IMG/VR virus record: IMGVR_UViG_3300043425_000164
Location: 1-54,866 of that record
Reading direction: 5' to 3' (one strand)
Source of the DNA: a virus
Lineage: Duplodnaviria; Caudoviricetes
Length of the DNA stretch: 54,866 nt
Shown here piece after piece: positions 54,863-54,866 of the stretch (positions are counted from its first letter, which is position 1; every line of letters starts with the position of its first letter). The translations under genes and the position numbers were made by a program. The notes under the pieces were generated by a model that was given only the letters and a program-made list of their open reading frames with translations, ran no database searches and was not told where the DNA came from.

Positions 54863-54866
54863 TATG

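Noticed and set aside
54737-54866. 126-bp end repeat as a biological direct terminal repeat
   Set aside because: It cuts through genes and is about the length of an assembler k-mer, so it is more likely a circular-assembly overlap. The last 4 nt do not match.

Overview
This window is an apparently complete, circularly closed tailed-phage genome of about 54.7 kb: positions 1-126 recur at 54737-54862. It has podovirus-like organisation and two divergent arms. The minus arm (about 29.9 kb to 1) carries late genes: an HNH protein, an unannotated ribbon-helix-helix (RHH) regulator, TerS, TerL, portal, scaffold, major capsid, an Ig-like decoration protein, two adaptors, tail fibres, a lysis cassette with an M15 endolysin, a nozzle, a GNAT protein, three ejection proteins (including a 2275-aa polyvalent protein) and small basic proteins. 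The plus arm (30.66-54.6 kb) carries early and replication genes: two stand-alone sigma70-region-4 proteins, a MoxR-type AAA ATPase, a metallopeptidase-vWA protein, a family A DNA polymerase, a Cas4-like nuclease, VRR-NUC, an SNF2 helicase, an SSB and a DUF927 primase-helicase. I saw no integrase, RNA polymerase, tRNA or CRISPR array. Four observations stand out. (1) Two small genes with strong Shine-Dalgarno (SD) sequences are nested in the +1 frame inside the giant ejection-protein gene. (2) There is an unusually rich set of structured non-coding elements: a roughly 450-nt hairpin-dense leader, two pseudoknotted RNAs, a loop-E leader and a scaffold-gene operator-like hairpin. (3) The sigma4 mimics occur as a tandem pair. 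(4) There is an iteron-like repeat field and several recurring operator-like motifs. All product calls come from motif recognition and synteny; no database searches were run.
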